A stretch of 64,000 nucleotides of DNA, from assembly GCA_964016885.1 (NCBI GenBank), contig OZ024750.1:27590001-27654000 (forward strand), given 5' to 3'. Under the pieces are notes generated by a model. The model saw nothing but the letters and a program-made list of their open reading frames with translations, was not told the origin of the DNA and did not search any database. Numbering within the stretch: position 1 is the first letter of the stretch; each line of letters begins with the position of its first letter. Of the stretch, positions 29,346 to 40,129 are shown piece by piece. The position numbers and the translations under genes are program-made. This stretch comes from Eledone cirrhosa (Eukaryota).

Positions 29346-30034
29346 TATGTGTACTTATGTGTATAGTAATGTGTAGTAAACAGTATCTAGACTTGTGATA
29401 GTAGTAGTGGCTGTTGTAGTAGTGGTGGTGGTTGTAGTAGTCGTGGTTGTGGCTGTAGTTGTGGTTGTGGTGGTGGTTGTGGTAGTCGCGGTGGTTGTAG
29501 TTGTGGTGGTGGTGGTGGTAGTAGTGGTGGTGGTGGTGGTAGTTGTAGTAGTGGTGGTTGTGGTTGTAGTTGTGGTTGAGGTGGTAGTTGTGTTGGTTGT
29601 AGTGGTAGTAGTAGTGGTGATTGTTGTGTTTGTGGTGGTAGTAGTTGTGGTAGTTGTGGTGGTTGGGGTGGTTGTGGTGGTTGTGCTGGTAGTAGTGGTG
29701 GTAGTAGTTGTGGTGGTTGTGGTGGTAATTGTAGTAGTAATAGCTGTGGTGGTTGTGGTGGTTGTGGTGGTAGTAGTGTTGGTAGTAGTTGTGGTGGTAG
29801 TTAGTAGTAGTAATAGTTGTGGTGATTGTAGTAGTGGTGGTTCTGGTGGTTGTGGTGGTTGTTGTGGTGTTTGTAGTAGTAGTGGTGGTTGTGGTGGTAG
29901 TTGTAGTAGTAATAGTTGTGGTAGTTGTGGTGGTAGTTGTGGTAGTAATAGTTGTGGTGGATGTAGTAGTGATGGGTGTGGTATTTGTACTTATGTGTAT
30001 AGTAATGTGTAGTAAACAGTATCTAAACTTGTGA

Positions 30035-30065
<31 letters not shown>

Positions 30066-30310
30066 GGTGGTTGTAGTAGTGGTCGTTGTGGTGGTAGTTG
30101 TGGTTGTGTTGGTAGTTGTGGTAATTGTAGTAGTAATAGTTGTGTACTTATGTCTATAGTAATGTGTAGCAAACACTATCTAGACTTGTGATAGTAATAG
30201 TGGTGGTTGTGTTTGTAGTGGTGGATGTGGTTGTGGTGGCGGTTGTGGTGGTGGTAGTAGTGGTGGTTGTGGTGATGGTGGTGATTGTAGTAGTAATAGT
30301 TGTGGTGTGT
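29346..30310. repeat. (GTG/GTA/GTT)n array punctuated by three copies of a ~50-bp non-microsatellite motif
   Basis: TGTACTTATGTGTATAGTAATGTGTAGTAAACAGTATCTAGACTTGTGATAG at ~29350, ~29986, ~30143. Confidence 0.9.
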
Positions 30311-30397
30311 ACACTCTTGTCTATGAATAAACACTAGCCTCTGTAACACGTAGCTATGAATTTCGATGGTAAGATCTAACTCATACCCGTGCAGGGT

Positions 30398-30547
30398 GCT
30401 TTCCAGCATAGTTACGTCCCTTTATAATCTGAGTTCAAATCCCGCCGAGGTTAACTTTGCCTTTCATCTATACGGGGTCGATAAAATAAAGTACCAGTAA
30501 TGTACTGCGTAATTGCTGGCCTTGTGCCAAAAGTAGAACAATTATTA
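30398..30547 (+). mobile_element. Dominant tRNA-SINE, 5'-truncated
   Basis: Family similarity, B box present. Confidence 0.85.
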
Positions 30548-30657
30548 AATTCTTTACTTTTTTAAAAGACTCAGACGAGTCCCATTGGGTGAAACAAGTG
30601 TAAGAGCTTTTTATAAATGTATTTTAATGGCTTGCTTCTCTTTCATCAACTTATTTG

Positions 30658-30698
<41 letters not shown>

Positions 30699-31562
30699 AT
30701 GTGTGTGTTGGGTATATATGTGTGTGTTGAGTATGTGAATATATATGTCTGTGTGTTTACATGTATATGTCTTGAGTATTCATGATCCTACACTGTCCAG
30801 TCATGATATGGAGGTAAACAAACATATGTTGCTTTAGTAAATCCTTATGGACTTACATTGTCCAATCACGATGTCTGGTGAGCAATTTGTTTTTTCGCTC
30901 TCTGAGTTACCTGAAACTGAAAGTATTTACCAGTAGAATTCAGTAATATACGGCTCTGATATCCTTAAATAATTATTCATTATTAGGAAAACCACAACTT
31001 CCACGACCATAATTTAGTAGTAAAGTAAGTCTCGAGTATTTGATGGTAATTCTTTTAACTCTGTTCTATTAACAGTCGAAGCAAAAGCCTAGCCATGCTT
31101 TGATCACGTTCATTAAGAGATAATAAACACAGTTGGTAGTTACAACATAAATAATGACAACTTCATACTAAATTGTGTACATTACGTAACCAGTAATCTA
31201 CAGTCTGAAAAACAACTTTCAGTTTATTTGCTGGGATTAATATTTTCAGATTTTCATGTTGGAAATACCCAAGTTTCAGTTTCATGACGTTCTGGACCCG
31301 AGGAATCGCTTTCGCTTTTGTAATAAATATATATAGAGATTAGTCGTGCATATTTGTATTTGGTGAATTTTTATGTGCTAAGCAAGGAGCATAATGGCTG
31401 TTTCAACTAATGAAATTGTGAGTCCTTTGATGTTTTCATATGTTAATCTGTCGATACAATGATTACACTTTCATTCTGGCTGGGAATGTTGGGTTACAAT
31501 TGCGTGTGCTCCTAAGGAATTTGTAAATTGTAAAACATGAGATTGAAATTGCTTATTATTAT

Positions 31563-32124
31563 TTGGATTAGCAGTATCAGTAGAGCGTCAGACACCATGC
31601 TTTGCAGCATAGAGTTATGGCTCTTTACGTTCTGAGTTCAAATTCCGCCAAGGTTAACTTGGGATCGATTTAATCGACTTTCCCCTCCCCCCAAATTACT
31701 GGCCTTGTGCCTATATAAGAAACCATTAATATTATTATTATTAACATTATTTTACATTAGGGCGGTGGATTGGCATTATCAGTAGAGGGTCGGACGCCAT
31801 GCTTTCCAGCACAGTTACGCCCCTTTACGATCTGAGTTCAAATCCCGCCGAGGTTGACTTTGCCTTTCATCCTTACGGGGTCGATAAAATAAAGTACCAG
31901 TAATGCACTAGGGTCGATTTAATCGACTTTACCCTCGCCCTGCAAACTGCTTGTTCAATCGTGATTGGACAATGTAAGTCCATAAGGATTTACTAAAGCA
32001 ACATATGTTTGTTTACCTCCATATCATGACTGGACAGTGTAGGATCATGAATACTCAAGACATATACATGTAAACACACAGACATATATATTCACATACT
32101 CAACACACACATATATACCCAACA

Positions 32125-32182
<58 letters not shown>

Positions 32183-32395
32183 ATCAAATAAGTTGATGAA
32201 AGAGAAGCAAGCCATTAAAATACATTTATAAAAAGCTCTTACACTTGTTTCACCCAATGGGACTCGTCTGAGTCTTTTAAAAAAGTAAAGAATTTAATAA
32301 TTGTTTCTTCTTTTGGCACAAGGCCAGCAATTACGCAGTACATTACTGGTACTTTATTTTATCGACCTTGTGTCCTAAAGTAGAAATAATTATTA
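31563..32395 (+). mobile_element. Two tandem tRNA-SINEs, the second interrupted by an inverted 0.4-kb templated insertion
   Basis: SINE 31759-31950 resumes as CCTTGTGTCCTAAAGTAGAAA at 32367. Confidence 0.8.
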
Positions 32396-32679
32396 TATGT
32401 GTTTATATAAATATATATATATTAGCTTTCGCTTTATTATATAGAATCTAGGTAATATGACAGCTGCAGCTTGACAACCTGTGTCTTCCCCATTAGTTGG
32501 CTATTACGGTCCGGTTGCGTAAGCAGAGTTTGCAAGGATGGGTCGTCTGCCCTTGATTTGCCAAATTTAGAGGGTGTGTACGGTTTGTTAGGCAGGAGGC
32601 ATCGGTACAGGTTGGCGGTCGGTTTAGCGTATTTGCTGAGGGTTAGTTGAGTGATTCGAGTAATAACGGTCTTATTTAC

Positions 32680-32730
<51 letters not shown>

Positions 32731-32733
<3 letters not shown>

Positions 32734-33132
32734 CGGGTAAAATTCCCGAGATCCATGGACGAGTTCTCTCCAGCGGTCTCTGTCCCTCATTATCGCTGCC
32801 ATGTCCTGCGTCTCCAACAGACCAGTGTCTGTCCTTAGGGCATCAACATACGTTAACCTTGGTCTTCTTCTTCCAGGAGCACTGAGTGCAATGTCAACTC
32901 TGGATGTCGTTGAGCATGTCCAGCTAACCTCAGTCTCCTCTGTGTCACTTTTGAGCTGACTTTTGGGAGGTTCCCATACAGCTCTGTAATGGAGTCTGTG
33001 CTGTTGTACGGGTTTGAGCCTTGGACACTGACCAAGAAACTCACTCAGATGGTGGATGGGTGCTACACGAGAATGCTGAGGATGGCTCTGAACATTAATC
33101 AGTATACACTGAGGATGAAAAACTCAGAGCTG

Positions 33133-33136
<4 letters not shown>
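32731..33136 (-). mobile_element. RTE-X-like LINE 3' fragment with 5' inversion, in (TA)n
   Basis: Minus: ELYGNLPKVSSKVTQRRLRLAGH..MRDRDRWRELV; plus: ESVLLYGFEPWTLTK..DGCYTRMLRMALNI..NSELY. Confidence 0.85.
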
Positions 33137-33193
<57 letters not shown>

Positions 33194-33234
33194 AGATAGG
33201 TAGATAAATAGATAGATAAATAGATAGATAGATA

Positions 33235-33612
33235 TGTTTCTTTATTAGCCACAGGGGCACAAAAGAAGGGGACAAATACAAAGGGGGAAGTTTACATACA
33301 ATAAAAACGTGTAAAATATTATCACAAATGCAATTTAAAAATTAGTCGATTTTCCCCAATAGGGGGAGACAGTTCATATGGGTAACACATACCCCCGAAA
33401 AAATTTGCAACCCTCATCTCCAGGAGTACGAAGAGTTTGTACTCCTTTCCTCTCCTCCTCCTTTTCCTCAACCTACAGGCTGATATAGAGAGAAGTCCCA
33501 TTCACTCGGGCCATTCTCGCCACTTTCACCCACCTTTCATAAAACTTGCTGGGGTACAGCACCTCTCTCTCCATCCTGATTCTTCTTCCAAAGTGGTATT
33601 TGAAAAAAAGAA

Positions 33613-33613
<1 letters not shown>
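33235..33613 (-). mobile_element. Tx1-like LINE, short 3' fragment
   Basis: FKYHFGRRIRMEREVL..FYERWVKVARMARVNG* plus 3' UTR with AATAAA; (GATA)n on both sides. Confidence 0.9.
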
Positions 33614-33650
<37 letters not shown>

Positions 33651-36600
33651 TTCTTTATTTACCATAAAGGCATAAAAAGAAGGGACAAATACAAGGGGGA
33701 GTTTACATATAATCTAGTAAAAAGGGTGTAACATGAAAATAATCGAAAATAACCTCAAAAGGGAGGGGACGTGATGGGGGTTGCGCACACCCCCGAAAAA
33801 GTGTGCAATCCTTTGCCCGGGGAGCACATGGAGAAGGTGCTCCCCTCTCCTTTACTTCTTTACCTACAGGATGGTATACAGAGAAGGCCCATTTACACGA
33901 GCCATTCTCGCCACTATCACCCACCTTTCATAAAACTGCCTGTGGCCAAGCACCTCTCTCTCCATTCTTATCCTTCTTCCGAAGTGATATCGGAAGAAGT
34001 AGACCAGACTATGGCCAGAGAGGAAGTTGCCTGACCTCAGACCTTTCAATCGTGTCCACCAAACAACCTCTTTCAACATGGCTATTACGCACAGAAAAAC
34101 CGCCTTTGCTTCCTTTGTGAAGAGGGGAGGCGGTTTGATTGTCATCACGGACTCGGCGGTCAATTGAATCGGCGCCACCCGCGACAGCAGTCGTTCGGCG
34201 TAGCCCCACAGATCAGCCACGCCCGGACATTGCACCAATGCGTGCGCAACGGTTTCTTCGTGACGCACGCATCTAGGGCAAATCTTTTTTGAGGGATCCC
34301 TGCCCGGGCGCCCGTGTCTGTAGAGCCTCTCTCGAACGAGTAGAGCCCCCCGGTAGCACTGCCAGGCCAGTGACTTCTGGAAGTTGTCCATTGGTCCTGG
34401 GCCGAAAGTCCTACCGAACAGGCTGGCCAGTTCGTCTTCTTCCATGTCCAGCGACTCTCCAAGGGTGTCATCGCCCCTGCTAGCCACCAGCCCTCTATAG
34501 AATGATGAGGTGGATTCTCCACCGATGGCCTGGCCCGCTTGCCAGAGAGCCCTGAGCGCCTGAGCACACTCAGTGTGCCAGTCTCCCAGTTTTCCGGATC
34601 TTTGCTTGACCCAGGACTGTAGCTCGGTGAGCGAGACGAGTCTCGGAAAGGCTCGTTTCACGAACCGGTTGACCAGTGAGGAATACCTGTAGGTGCCGTA
34701 GTCTTAATGCGTGCCTACGCATCATCAACCACGGCATCCCCAGCCCTCCTTTCGAAGGTTGTTGGCAGCAGATGGATCTTCTCACCATAGGAGGGCGCTT
34801 CTTCCAAAGAAATTGGAAGAGCATGCGTTCCATGGTGGTGAGTGTTTCCTTAGGGCAAGGCACGACAGTCAGGCGGTAGTAAGTGACGGACGCTATGTAA
34901 ATGTTCGCCACCTCCGCCCGGCCTTTTAGGGACAGCTTACACTTGGCCCATTTCTGGGTTAGTGCAAACACCTTGTTCGTAACCTCGTTCCAGTTCTTTT
35001 CCACCTGGAGGTCCGGTCCAAACCAGACCCCAAGCAACTTTACCGGGCCCTCCGTCCAGTGTCCGACGACACCGTCAGGAGGCATCGGTCTGCCTCTCCA
35101 CGTTCCGAGTTGCAGCCTGATGGATTTTTCCCGGTTCAGTTTCGCTCCTGACAACCTTTCGTACTCCTCCAGTAAGGTGCCGACCGCCTCGATTTCGGAG
35201 GCCGTCGACACCATTACTGTCACGTCATCGGCGTAGGCCGACACCGCTTTCCGCAATCCCGGTTCCAAAGGGATGCCCTGCAACAACTCCAACTTCCGCA
35301 GTAGTGGCTCGAGAGTCAACACATACAGAAGGGAGGAGAGAGGGCACCCCTGTCGAATGGATCGTGTGATTTCGAACGGCTTCGAAAGGTAGCCGTTCAC
35401 CTTGATCCTAGAACAGATGTGGTTGCTATGTAAGGCAGTGATCCAGCCTCTGAAAACAGGACCGAACCCAGCCGCCGCTAGCACCGCATCCAGGTAACCA
35501 TGGTCGACCCTATCGAAGGCCTTAGACTGATCCAAGTTGATCAGGGCCCCACCGAAGCCGGGTTTGTTGCCAACCCTCTCTATGATGTATCGCATGAGGT
35601 GGAGGTTATCGTGAATGGACCTGGATGGGATAGCACATGTCTGCGCATCTCCCACCAGGCCACCCACGACAACGCCAACCTCTTTGCTAACACCTTGGCC
35701 AAAATCTTTAACTCTGTGTTTAGCAGGGTTATGGGCCGAAAATTATTTATACTATCTCCCTTGTTCTCGTCCTTCCTCACCAGCGTGACTACGCCCTTGG
35801 CTACAGAACAAGGAATTCTCCCGTTCTGCTGCCAATTTCAGTAGACCGCTTCGAGGAGTTCTGAGAAGAAGACCGGCATTGCTAAATAAAGTTCGTAAGG
35901 TATACCATCGAGACCTGGAGATTTACGTCTGCTACATTGGCTCAGAGCATCTCCGATCTCATCAGCCGAGATTGGTCCCTCGCAGGACTCTGCCTCTTCG
36001 CTCGAGAGACGCGGCAGGCCGTCGAGGTATGGACCGAAATCCACGCCCCCGCCCGGACCCTCGCCTCCCCCGAACAATCGGGAAAAGTGCCTTTGAAAGG
36101 CCTCGCACATCTGCTTAGTCTCCCGGATCACCCGTCCATCTTCGTCTTGCAACGACCGGATGGTGGATCGATTTCCACTCTTAGCTTCTGTCCCGAGGGC
36201 CCAGCCAACGGCTTTGGCCCCCTCATTACCTAGAGCACGTATTTTACTTCGAATGACGCAGCCTTCGTGCTTTGCATCGAAAAACTGGTTCAAGGCCGTC
36301 CTCGATGCCAGCACTCTGGCCACATCTTCGCTCTTGATTGCCTCTTCTAATTTACCTGTTAATTCTTTCTCGTTTCTATTCCTATCGGCAGCTATAACTT
36401 ATTGATTCTGTTCTAATCTCTCTTTTGAGAGATGCCCACCATCGGTTGTTGACGATTGCACCCGTCAACCTCTCCTTAACTAATCTGCTAATCCGGTTTC
36501 TGTATGTCTCTTTTGCCGGTAAAGACAAATTAAGTTTCCAGTAACCGGGACCCTGTTTATGTGTTTTCTCGAGATTGACCACGCAGGTCACTAATTTGTG

Positions 36601-37358
36601 ATCCGTGTAGCCAACCGTGCGCATTTCTGGACAGCTTAATATGTCCCTATCCTTACTTCTAACTAAGAATCTATCTAAGTACGATCTAGATTGACCACTG
36701 TGGTTTCTCCAAGTCCAGGTAGGCACAGTTGGAAAATCTAGTCGATATCTATCGACCAAGTTAAAACGGTCGAGTAACCCCTTGAGGCTGTTACACCCCC
36801 CTCTATTAGGACATGCTCCTGCATAGTCCCAACGTGCATCTAGGATGTCATTCCAATCCCCCGCTAGAAGCAGGGAACCCGACGTTCCCAGAAAAGTCTC
36901 CAAACGCTGGAAGAAGTCGGGCCGTTCAGCTCCGAAAGGGGAGTAGACGGCGACCAGTCTCAAGGCCGCACTTTCACTATTGCCAATGTCTAGCACCAAC
37001 AAACGACCCTCAGGGTCCGAGTGCACAACCTGTACGGCAAGACCCAGGTGTTTTTGCAGCAGTACGACAACCCCACCCCCACCTCCAGGTTGACAGAGAG
37101 ATGCATGCACCTCAAAGTCATCGAAGGTGGGGGCCAGCTGCCGCACGACGCTGATTCGAGTCTCACAGATAACCATTACATTTATACTACATGACCTGAG
37201 GTCATTTAGAAGCTTTGCTTGCTTCCAAGTTGAGCCCAGGCCACGTGCATTCAAACATCCTACTCTTAACACATCCATGTGGGCGGCAGAGCCAAAGGAG
37301 AGTGTAGAGACCTACCTTTCCGCTTCCCGGGGTTCGGGTTGCACGACTTCCATGGGGT
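33651..37358 (-). mobile_element. Tx1/L1-group non-LTR retrotransposon, 5'-truncated (whole ORF2 plus ~80 bp upstream)
   Basis: APE-RT-CCHC domain order; (GATA)n at 33614-33650 and 37359-37427. Confidence 0.93.
33864..37278 (-). pseudogene. Frameshifted ORF2: apurinic endonuclease, reverse transcriptase, C-terminal Cys/His finger
   Basis: LNARGL, ICET, AGDWN, SYLDRF, YTDH (APE); KSPGLDG, NFRPITLLN, LDQSKAFDRV, IRQGCPLS, YADD (RT); CPRC..ETVAHALVQC; split across at least 5 ORF segments. Confidence 0.93.
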
Positions 37359-37421
<63 letters not shown>

Positions 37422-38174
37422 GGATAGAAAGTTAGATCCCGGGTGAAACCAGGGGTAGCCACAGTAAATAAAGTACTCAATATATAAGTAGAATGAGAAC
37501 AACAAAAATTTAATATAAAAATGGCTTCTATAAGACTAAAACGAATTGAACATTTCTCCTTTCCTGTGAAATAAAAAGTACCTTAGTTATGTAACAAAAA
37601 ATGTCAATGTGGCATAACTGCATATAAGTGAAAGTGGGTGTGTTAGAAATGGCGACTAACCAATGTTTGTTATTGCGTTTATAATTAGTAGATGTGTTTA
37701 TATAAGACATACAACCACCGACATAAATTGCCACATCATCAACTCTTCCTTTTATAAAACAATTCTTTACCTTAACGTATTTCTTTTGTATTTAGGTAGG
37801 TCTGTAAACTGTAATTTGTGTGTGAACAGTTTGGGCGTGGTTCAGGTTGTTTGTGTGTCTATTTGTGTATCTGAATATTGGAGGATGTGTATGTGTGTAT
37901 ATATATATATATGTATGTGTGGCAGGAGGGCGGGTACGCCTATGGGAGTGTGTTATGACGTAATGACGTTAATGCTGATCATGATTAGAGTTAGCGGAAA
38001 AAAAAGGCGGGAAAAAGAGCAAGTGGAAAAACGTGAGCGATGACTTTTCAAAAGTATGAATGAATATATTTGATATAGATATTCTAGTTATATCTACCCC
38101 TCCCACCTCCCGACGCTTCAGGTCTGTCTGTCTGTCACTCTATCTGTCAATCTATCTATCTATCTATCTATCTA

Positions 38175-39536
38175 ATGGTGTCGACGGCCTCCGAAATCGA
38201 GGCGGTCGGCACCTTACTGGAGGAGTACGAAAAGTTCACAGGGGCTAAGCTGAACCGGGACAAGTCGATCGGTTTGCAACTCGGCACGTGGAGGGGCAGA
38301 CCGATGCCCTCCGATGGCGTCGTCGGACGCTGGATGGAGGGCCCGGTGAAGTTGCTCGGGGTCTGGTTCGGACCCGACCTCCAGGTGGAGAAAAACTGGG
38401 CGGAGGTTACGAACAGGGTGTTTGCACTGACCCAGAAGTGGGCCAGTTGCAAACTATCCCAGAAAGGTCGGGCGGAGGTGGCGAACACCTACATAGCGTC
38501 CGTCATCTACTACCGCCTGACCGTAGTGCCCTGCCCAAGGGAAACCCTCACCAAGATGGAGCGCGCGCTCTTCCAATTCCTTTGGAAGAGGCGGGCTCCT
38601 ATGGTGAGGAGATCCATCTGCTGTCAACACCCTTCGAAAGGAGGGTTGGGGATGCCGTGGCTAATGATGCGTAAACACGCATTAAGGCTACGGCACCTCT
38701 ACGTATTCCTCACCGGACAACCGGTGTGGGCCTCGTTTGTGAGACGAACCTTTCCCAGACTCGTCTCACTCACCGAGCTGCAATCCTGGGTCAAGCAAAG
38801 ACCGAGAAAACTGGGCGCCTGGCACACTGAGTGTGCCCAGGCGCTCACCGCCCTCTGGCAGGCGGATCCGGTTATCAGTGGAGACTCCACCGCAACATTC
38901 TATAGAGGGCTGGTACGCAGCAGGTGCGACGACGCCCTCGGAGAAGCCCTAGACATGGAGGAGGACGAACTGGCCAGCCTGTTCGGTAGGACATTCAGCC
39001 CGGGACCTATGGACAACTTCCAGAAGTCCCTGGCCTGGCAGTGCTACCGAGGAGCTTTACCCGTTCGAGAAAGGCTCTACAGACACGGGCGCCCGGGTAG
39101 GGACCCCGCCAAAAAGATCTGTCCCAGATGCGTGTGCGACGAGGAAACCGTTGCACACGCATTGGTACACTGCTCGGGCGTAGCCGATCTGTGGGGCTAT
39201 GTCGAACAACTGCTGTCAAGGGTGGGACCGATCCGGTTGACCACCGAGTCTATTGTAATGATCAAGCCGCCTCCCCCCTTCAAAGATGAAGCAGAGGCGG
39301 TGTTTCTGTGCGTAATAGCCATGGCGAAAGAGGTTGTATGGTGGACGCGTCTGAAAGGACTGAGGTCAGGCACCTTTCTCTCTGGCCAACAACTGGTCCG
39401 TTTCTTCCGATATCATTTCGGAAGAAGGATCAGGATGGAGAGAGAGGTGCTGCACCCCAGTCGTTTTTATGAAAGGTGGGTGAAAGTGGCGAGAATGGCC
39501 CGTGTGAATGGGCCTTCTCTTTACATAAGCCTGTAG
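38175..39536 (+). CDS. Uninterrupted 453-aa C-terminal part of Tx1-like ORF2 (RT thumb and zinc finger); probably not expressed
   Basis: GAKLNRDKS, VKLLGVWF, KGGLGMP, CPRC..ETVAHALVHC. Confidence 0.75.
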   Translation: MVSTASEIEAVGTLLEEYEKFTGAKLNRDKSIGLQLGTWRGRPMPSDGVVGRWMEGPVKLLGVWFGPDLQVEKNWAEVTNRVFALTQKWASCKLSQKGRAEVANTYIASVIYYRLTVVPCPRETLTKMERALFQFLWKRRAPMVRRSICCQHPSKGGLGMPWLMMRKHALRLRHLYVFLTGQPVWASFVRRTFPRLVSLTELQSWVKQRPRKLGAWHTECAQALTALWQADPVISGDSTATFYRGLVRSRCDDALGEALDMEEDELASLFGRTFSPGPMDNFQKSLAWQCYRGALPVRERLYRHGRPGRDPAKKICPRCVCDEETVAHALVHCSGVADLWGYVEQLLSRVGPIRLTTESIVMIKPPPPFKDEAEAVFLCVIAMAKEVVWWTRLKGLRSGTFLSGQQLVRFFRYHFGRRIRMEREVLHPSRFYERWVKVARMARVNGPSLYISL

Positions 39537-39855
39537 GTGGAAAAGAGGAAGGAACGAGGGAGCACCCCCTCTCTGTGCTCCTGAGGAAAAGGGTTGCACA
39601 CTTTTTTCGGGGGTGTGTGCGACCCCCCAAGGCGCCTCCTCTCTATTGAGGATTTTGTTATAAATTTTATTTTTTGTTACATTTTATAACAAAATCCTCT
39701 ATTGAGGATTTTGTTATAATTCTATTTTTTGTTATATTTTATTTTATTTTTATATATTGTTATTGCCTCCTCCCTATTGAGGACGCCTTGTTTTGTAAAC
39801 TTCCCCCATTGTACTTGTCCCACTTTTGATGCCCTTGTGGCAAATAAAAGAAACA
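38175..39855 (+). mobile_element. Tx1-like LINE, 5'-truncated just after YADD
   Basis: Collinear with 33651-35215; (TCTA)n at 38151-38174 and 39856-39884. Confidence 0.93.
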
Positions 39856-40073
39856 TATCTATCTATCTATCTATCTATCTATCTGCCTATACACCTATCT
39901 CTCTCTCCTTTTCTCCCTCTGTCTATTTATATATCCATCTAATCATACATCCCTATATTTACTGACCTTTTCTGTTGGATAAGGTCATACTGGGGCACAG
40001 CCTTCAAATACTTATATAAATGCATACATATACACACATACTCACACATATATATCTAATATATATATATACA

Positions 40074-40127
<54 letters not shown>

Positions 40128-40129
<2 letters not shown>

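Noticed and set aside
33651-37358. Intact autonomous LINE
   Set aside because: At least four frameshifts and ORF1 essentially absent.
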